Assembly (NCBI GenBank): GCA_963790475.1
Contig: CAWBOS010000006.1
Span: forward strand, 608,001-672,000
Reading direction: 5' to 3'
Origin: an uncultured delta proteobacterium
GTDB taxonomy: Bacteria > Desulfobacterota > RBG-13-43-22
Length of the DNA: 64,000 nt
In this document: positions 59,322-64,000 of the stretch, in pieces
How positions within the stretch are numbered: the stretch's first letter is position 1
How the letters are laid out: every line of letters starts with the position of its first letter
The notes under the pieces: model-generated
The model's input: only the letters and a program-made list of their open reading frames with translations
Told to the model about the DNA's origin: nothing
Database searches by the model: none
Translations under genes and position numbers: made by a program

Positions 59322-60251
59322 TTATTGTTGGGGGACCAACCGGATCTCGAACAATTTCGGCCAATATTTTCCGGTGACTAAGATCCGGTCTTTCCGGGCA
59401 TCGTAGGCGATGCCGTTCAAAACGTCTTCTTTCCCAGTGCGATCTTTGGCCGGCAATAACCCCTGCAGATCGATCCAACCGGTAACCCGGCCGGTTTCGG
59501 GTGAAATTCTGACAATTTTATCGGTCAGATATACATTGGCAAAAATCTCCCCCTTAATATATTCCAATTCATTGAGCATGGTGATAGGAAACCCGCGGTC
59601 CCGGACTTCAATCCGCTTGACTTCTTTGAAGGTGTGGGGATCCCAAAAATACAAAAACGACGTCCCATCACTCATAATCAATTGTTTTCCGTCCTGGGTG
59701 ATACCCCAGCCTTCCAAAAAATATCTGAATTTTTTTAGCAATCGAAACGTCTTCCGGTCATAGACCAGACCGATTCCCGACCTCCAGGTCAGTTGGATGA
59801 TCTTGTCTTCCCAGAGAGTGATCCCTTCCCCGAAAAGCTGATCAGGTAATGGCACCAGTTTAAGAATACGTCCGGTCTCCGGATCCACTTTACGCAATGA
59901 TGATTTTCCCAGGAGGCCCGTTCCTTCATATAGGACCACGTTGTGAAACACCAGACCCTGGGTGAAGGCCTCGGGGTCATGAGGAAAGACTTTGATCACC
60001 TTGTAGCCAAAGACCGGCACAGTTGTTTTTAAACTATCGGTCTGTTGCCCAAGGACAAAGGGGGAAATCAACAGGCTCCAACAGAGCGTCAATCCAAAAG
60101 CAACAATTCCACGGGAGAGCGACGATGTCCTCTTCTTGTCATTCCGGCGAAGGCCGGAATCCATCGCGCCTTTGGCGGGACCGGCTTTCGCCGGGGTGAC
60201 GGAGTGAGGACTTTTTACGATACTAACCAAAAGAAAAGCCTCAAGCGTCAT
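59322..60251 (-). CDS. Glutaminyl-peptide cyclotransferase; start uncertain
   Basis: PHD..AFTQGL, FGEG, EGWG, LNELE, VLNGIA, TGK.WP. Confidence 0.93.
   Translation of the reverse strand: MTLEAFLLVSIVKSPHSVTPAKAGPAKGAMDSGLRRNDKKRTSSLSRGIVAFGLTLCWSLLISPFVLGQQTDSLKTTVPVFGYKVIKVFPHDPEAFTQGLVFHNVVLYEGTGLLGKSSLRKVDPETGRILKLVPLPDQLFGEGITLWEDKIIQLTWRSGIGLVYDRKTFRLLKKFRYFLEGWGITQDGKQLIMSDGTSFLYFWDPHTFKEVKRIEVRDRGFPITMLNELEYIKGEIFANVYLTDKIVRISPETGRVTGWIDLQGLLPAKDRTGKEDVLNGIAYDARKDRILVTGKYWPKLFEIRLVPQQ
60138..60220. repeat. REP/RPE-like palindrome inside the 5' end of the cyclotransferase ORF
   Basis: GTCATTCCGGCGAAGGCCGGAATCC ... CCGGCTTTCGCCGGGGTGAC..GACTTTTTACGA. Confidence 0.85.
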
Positions 60252-62053
60252 CTCTTCCGCCTCACGCCTTGTCCCCATCCATTATAGAGAATTTTTCCTG
60301 TTTTGACCTCGTAGACCCCTGAAAAAGTAATCCTTAATTCTATCAAGGAAGTAAATGAGAGAAAACCAAGGGTCCACAAGGGATCTTCAAGGGGGCACCC
60401 CAGTCTTTTTAAGTGGTTGCCGACCCGCTCCAATTCCCCGGCCAATCGCGGGACCTTTAAAGCGGACATAATCCCGCCGATCGGCAAAGAAAGCCGGGTT
60501 GATATTTTTCCTTTTTTGACAATGACGATCCCGCCCTTCATTTTGATGACCTGGTTAACCGCCAGGGCCATATCCTGATCATTAAAACCCAAGACCATCA
60601 GGCTGTGGGTCTCGTGGGCAATGCTGGAGGCTATGGCTCCGATCCGGGCCCCGAACCCGGAAACCAAACCCATCCCGGCCCGGCCGCCCTGACGCGGAAT
60701 GAGGGCGATCTTGGCCAGATCTTCTTCAAGATCAGACTGAACGAGCCCGCTGGAATTCTGGACCAGCCGGTCCACCCGGCGAGTCAGCGTTTTGTCCCTG
60801 ATGGTCAGGATGGGGATGGGCTTTTGGTCCGGGACTTGAAACTGAAAAAATTCAGGCCGGAGTGGGGAGAGAGAAAAAGGATGATCATAGGTTCCGGGGG
60901 GAAAAGAAGGCCGGGCAGGGAAAATCCGCCGCCCTTCCCGTACGATCCATTTCCCTCGGGACAAAACAGAACCCGGAGTGGGCTCCGACAAATCCGATAA
61001 AAATAATATATCCGCCCTTCGCCCGGGGGCCAGGGCCCCCTGTTCCTGATCCAGTTTGAAATATCGCGCCGGATTGATAGTGACCATCTGAAAAGCCCGA
61101 ATTGGATCTATTCCCAATTGAATAACCTGTTTGAGTAAATAATCCAGATATCCGAATCGGGCCATTTCTCCAGGGAAGAGCCCGTCGGGCGTCAGCATGA
61201 TACGGGAGGTATCATATTCCGAAAGTTCCCGAACAGCCTTCATCAACTGGGGGAGATCGTTTCTGATGGATCCCCCGCGGCACATGACCGATAGACCTAA
61301 ACGAAGACGTTGTTTAACATCTTCAGCGGTGATAGCCTCATGGCAGGAGGTAAGCCCGGCGTTGATCAGGGCGTTAAGTTTGTCATGACTGACCCCGGTA
61401 GTATGACCCTCCACGGTTTTCCCTAATTTTTTAGCCTGGATCAGAATCTTAAGCAAGCGAGGTTCCCTGTTGAGGATTCGGACAAAGGCGGTCATTTCGC
61501 TCAATCCCAGGGCCTCCGGCTTCTTCAGGAGATGAAGAATTTCCTCAACGGAAAATACCTCTTGGCCTTCAAACCGGGGGAATGGGGGGGAGGATGAAGG
61601 GACGCCGAGATAATAAGTAATCGGGTACCCGGGAGCATCTTTCAAAACCTGCCTAATCCCGGAAAAGCCCAGGGCATTGGCCAGGTCGTGCATATCTGAA
61701 AAAATTGAGGTCGTCCCGGTTTGGACCACCTGGTCGGAAAAGGCTGCCGGATTATAGAACAAGTCGGTGTGGGCATGGGGATCCATATAACCGGGAACCA
61801 GGATTTTCCCTTGGGCTTCCCAGACCCGGGTCATTTTCCCGATCATCTTTTCCGAGGGGCCGACATAGGCAATCCGGTCCTCGTAAACCGCAATATTTTC
61901 TTTCAGGAGTTCCCCGCTATAAACATTGAGTATCCGGCCGCCTTTGATATATTGACCCGCCGATTTTTCCCCAAGGGAGATTTCAATCAGGGACTTGCGG
62001 ATATTGAAGGCCCTTTCTATCGGGGTTTGCTCTTTGCTGAGTCTTCCTGCCAA
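60248..62053 (-). CDS. ade: Adenine deaminase
   Basis: PG..D.HAH, EGH, SCHE, T.NPA..F, SIAHETHS, C-terminal Ade domain. Confidence 0.88.
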   Translation of the reverse strand: MAGRLSKEQTPIERAFNIRKSLIEISLGEKSAGQYIKGGRILNVYSGELLKENIAVYEDRIAYVGPSEKMIGKMTRVWEAQGKILVPGYMDPHAHTDLFYNPAAFSDQVVQTGTTSIFSDMHDLANALGFSGIRQVLKDAPGYPITYYLGVPSSSPPFPRFEGQEVFSVEEILHLLKKPEALGLSEMTAFVRILNREPRLLKILIQAKKLGKTVEGHTTGVSHDKLNALINAGLTSCHEAITAEDVKQRLRLGLSVMCRGGSIRNDLPQLMKAVRELSEYDTSRIMLTPDGLFPGEMARFGYLDYLLKQVIQLGIDPIRAFQMVTINPARYFKLDQEQGALAPGRRADILFLSDLSEPTPGSVLSRGKWIVREGRRIFPARPSFPPGTYDHPFSLSPLRPEFFQFQVPDQKPIPILTIRDKTLTRRVDRLVQNSSGLVQSDLEEDLAKIALIPRQGGRAGMGLVSGFGARIGAIASSIAHETHSLMVLGFNDQDMALAVNQVIKMKGGIVIVKKGKISTRLSLPIGGIMSALKVPRLAGELERVGNHLKRLGCPLEDPLWTLGFLSFTSLIELRITFSGVYEVKTGKILYNGWGQGVRRKR

Positions 62054-62243
62054 ACTATTCCCTCCTGGTTAGATTCTTAACCCTTCAAATTATCAACCCG
62101 CTTTACCCTAACAAAAATAAGACCAAATGTCATCTTTTGGGATTTATTCTAAAAATATGCAGTTTTTCTAAAAAAATGGTATAAGAGATTGATTTATTAA
62201 AAAAGATGATAATACTTATCACTATTAAAAAAAAGGAGGTCTT

Positions 62244-62738
62244 ATGAGCAAAACCGAACAGAACTTAAAGGAAGCCTTTGCCGGGGAATCCCAAGCCAAC
62301 CGCAAATATTTGGCCTTTGCCAAACAAGCCGATCAGGAGGGGTACCCCCAGGCGGCTAAATTGTTCCGGGCCGCGGCCGAAGCCGAAACGGTCCATGCCC
62401 ATGCCCATTTGCGTGTCCTGGGCGGAATAAAAAAGACCGTAGAAAACTTGAAGGAAGCCATCTCTGGTGAGACCCATGAATATACAAAGATGTATCCGGG
62501 AATGATTAAGACCGCCAAGGAGGAAGGGAATAAGGCGGCTGAAATGAGTTTTGCTAATGCCAATGCCGTGGAAGAGGTCCATGCCAATCTTTATCAGAAG
62601 GCCCTCGACAGCCTGGGAAATTCGAAGGCAGTCGATTATTATGTCTGCTCGGTCTGTGGTAATACCGTTGAAAATGAACCGCCGGAAACCTGCCCGATTT
62701 GCGGTTCCAAGGCCAAGGCCTTTTTCAAAGTCGATTAA
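62244..62738 (+). CDS. rbr: Rubrerythrin
   Basis: AFAGESQA, ETVHA, E..H, CSVCG..CPICG. Confidence 0.93.
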   Translation: MSKTEQNLKEAFAGESQANRKYLAFAKQADQEGYPQAAKLFRAAAEAETVHAHAHLRVLGGIKKTVENLKEAISGETHEYTKMYPGMIKTAKEEGNKAAEMSFANANAVEEVHANLYQKALDSLGNSKAVDYYVCSVCGNTVENEPPETCPICGSKAKAFFKVD

Positions 62739-62782
62739 TCAATTTCAAGTAAGCAGGGCGAAGGAAAACCTTTTTAGAACTT

Positions 62783-63880
62783 ATGCGGCTACAACTGATC
62801 ATCTTCGTTTCCATCGCCCTGCTGGTTTATTTTGGACTCCATTCTCTTCTTTTCTTCCTACTATCCAAATTTTTCAGCCCGAAAACCAGGTCGGCCCAAT
62901 TCGGATTGGCCCTCGTTCTCCTTATTCTGGCCTTAAGTTTCATTACGGCCTTTATCTGGACCCAATTCAGCACCAATAAGTTTTTGCAGGAGTTCTACTA
63001 TGCCTCGGCCATCTGGCTCGGAACCTGGGCCAATCTATTGCTCATCTTCGGTGCCGGGTTTTTGGTCATTGTCGTCTTGGAGTGGTTTTTCCCGGGGATT
63101 GAACGGAAAACCTTTGGTCTCTTCTTGCTGGGTTTTGCAGTACTGTACACCTCCTACGGTCTTTATCATGCCGGTCAGTTGAAAACAAAATTTCTTTCCG
63201 TCCCCATTAAAAACGTCCCTAAGGAATGGCAAGGCAAAAAGCTCGCCCAGGTATCGGATGTCCATCTGGGTCTCATGAACGGAGAGGATTTATCCCGGAG
63301 GATTGCGGCCATAATAAACGAACAAAAAGTCGACTTTGTCTTTATCACCGGAGATCTCTTCGACGGGATCGGTGACGACCTCTCCCAATCCATCAAACCC
63401 TTTGACCGGATAGAGGCGCCGATCTATTATATCACCGGCAATCACGAAACCTATCTGGGAATCGATAAAGCCCTGTCGGCCATTGAAAAAACAAAAATAA
63501 AAATTTTGCGTGATGAAATCGTCGATCTTGGCGGGGTCCAGTTGATCGGCATCGATTACCCTCCAAGGGGTTGGAAGAAAGATATCCGGCCGGTCTTGGA
63601 AAGAATGGATCGCGCCAAACCGGCTATCCTCCTCTATCATGAACCGGCTCAGATTGAAACGGCCCAAAGATTCAAAGTCTCTTTACAGCTTTCCGGCCAC
63701 ACCCATAACGGACAGATGTGGCCCATGAAAATCTTCACCTCTCTGCTCTATAAAGGATTTGACTACGGCCGGCATCAAATGGGCGATTATGTGATTTACA
63801 CCACCAGCGGGGCCGGTACCTGGGGCCCGCCCATGCGGATCGGCAGCACGGCCGAGATTGCCATCATCACCATTCAATGA
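62783..63880 (+). CDS. Membrane-bound metallophosphoesterase
   Basis: Four TMs, SDVH, TGD..D, GNHE, SGHTH.GQ, WGPPMR. Confidence 0.93.
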   Translation: MRLQLIIFVSIALLVYFGLHSLLFFLLSKFFSPKTRSAQFGLALVLLILALSFITAFIWTQFSTNKFLQEFYYASAIWLGTWANLLLIFGAGFLVIVVLEWFFPGIERKTFGLFLLGFAVLYTSYGLYHAGQLKTKFLSVPIKNVPKEWQGKKLAQVSDVHLGLMNGEDLSRRIAAIINEQKVDFVFITGDLFDGIGDDLSQSIKPFDRIEAPIYYITGNHETYLGIDKALSAIEKTKIKILRDEIVDLGGVQLIGIDYPPRGWKKDIRPVLERMDRAKPAILLYHEPAQIETAQRFKVSLQLSGHTHNGQMWPMKIFTSLLYKGFDYGRHQMGDYVIYTTSGAGTWGPPMRIGSTAEIAIITIQ

Positions 63881-63904
63881 CCGCAAATGGCCTGGACCCA
63901 GGCC

Positions 63905-64000
63905 TCAATGAATCTGGCCATCAATAACCATGAAGATTTCCCCGCCATATTTCCTTTTCCGGATGCCCTGAGCCCTTGAGGGGGCAAGGGCTAAAAAAAT
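63905..64000 (-). CDS. 3' end of an unidentified gene entering from the window edge
   Basis: Open frame IFLALAPSRAQGIRKRKYGGEIFMVIDGQIH*, convergent with the phosphoesterase. Confidence 0.4.
   Translation of the reverse strand: MFLALAPSRAQGIRKRKYGGEIFMVIDGQIH

Overview
Chromosomal window from an anaerobic bacterium; gene content and repeat types suggest a Desulfobacterota (Deltaproteobacteria)-like genome (inference). The backbone carries priA (5' part, frameshifted), purQ/purL, PSP1-metG, a MacAB-type ABC system, ftsH, dedA, a UDP-sugar epimerase, fused amrB-amrA, an acyl-CoA ligase, an AttEFGH-like ABC/lipocalin operon, a ThiI/MnmA-like protein, adenine deaminase, glutaminyl cyclase and rubrerythrin. 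Accessory features: (1) a decayed integrase-less integron cassette array at 0.8-3.9 kb (Mrr, HEPN/MNT, hypothetical gene), with an IS91-like remnant abutting an attC core; (2) a partly erased light-response operon (tspO and photolyase remnants); (3) a promoter plus terminator/antiterminator leader followed by a duplicated ~180-bp element at 17.5-18.5 kb; (4) a TPR / NTPase-anti-sigma-kinase / STAS / GAF-HD-GYP operon beside an incomplete ExeA-BY-kinase-Wzz cluster; (5) degenerate 8-mer and 7-mer tandem arrays forming palindromes at operon junctions, flanking a four-helix-bundle gene, with a possible empty site 3.5 kb away. Many short gene remnants indicate deletional decay. No tRNA, rRNA or CRISPR array was seen. 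All calls come from reading motifs by eye; no searches were run.
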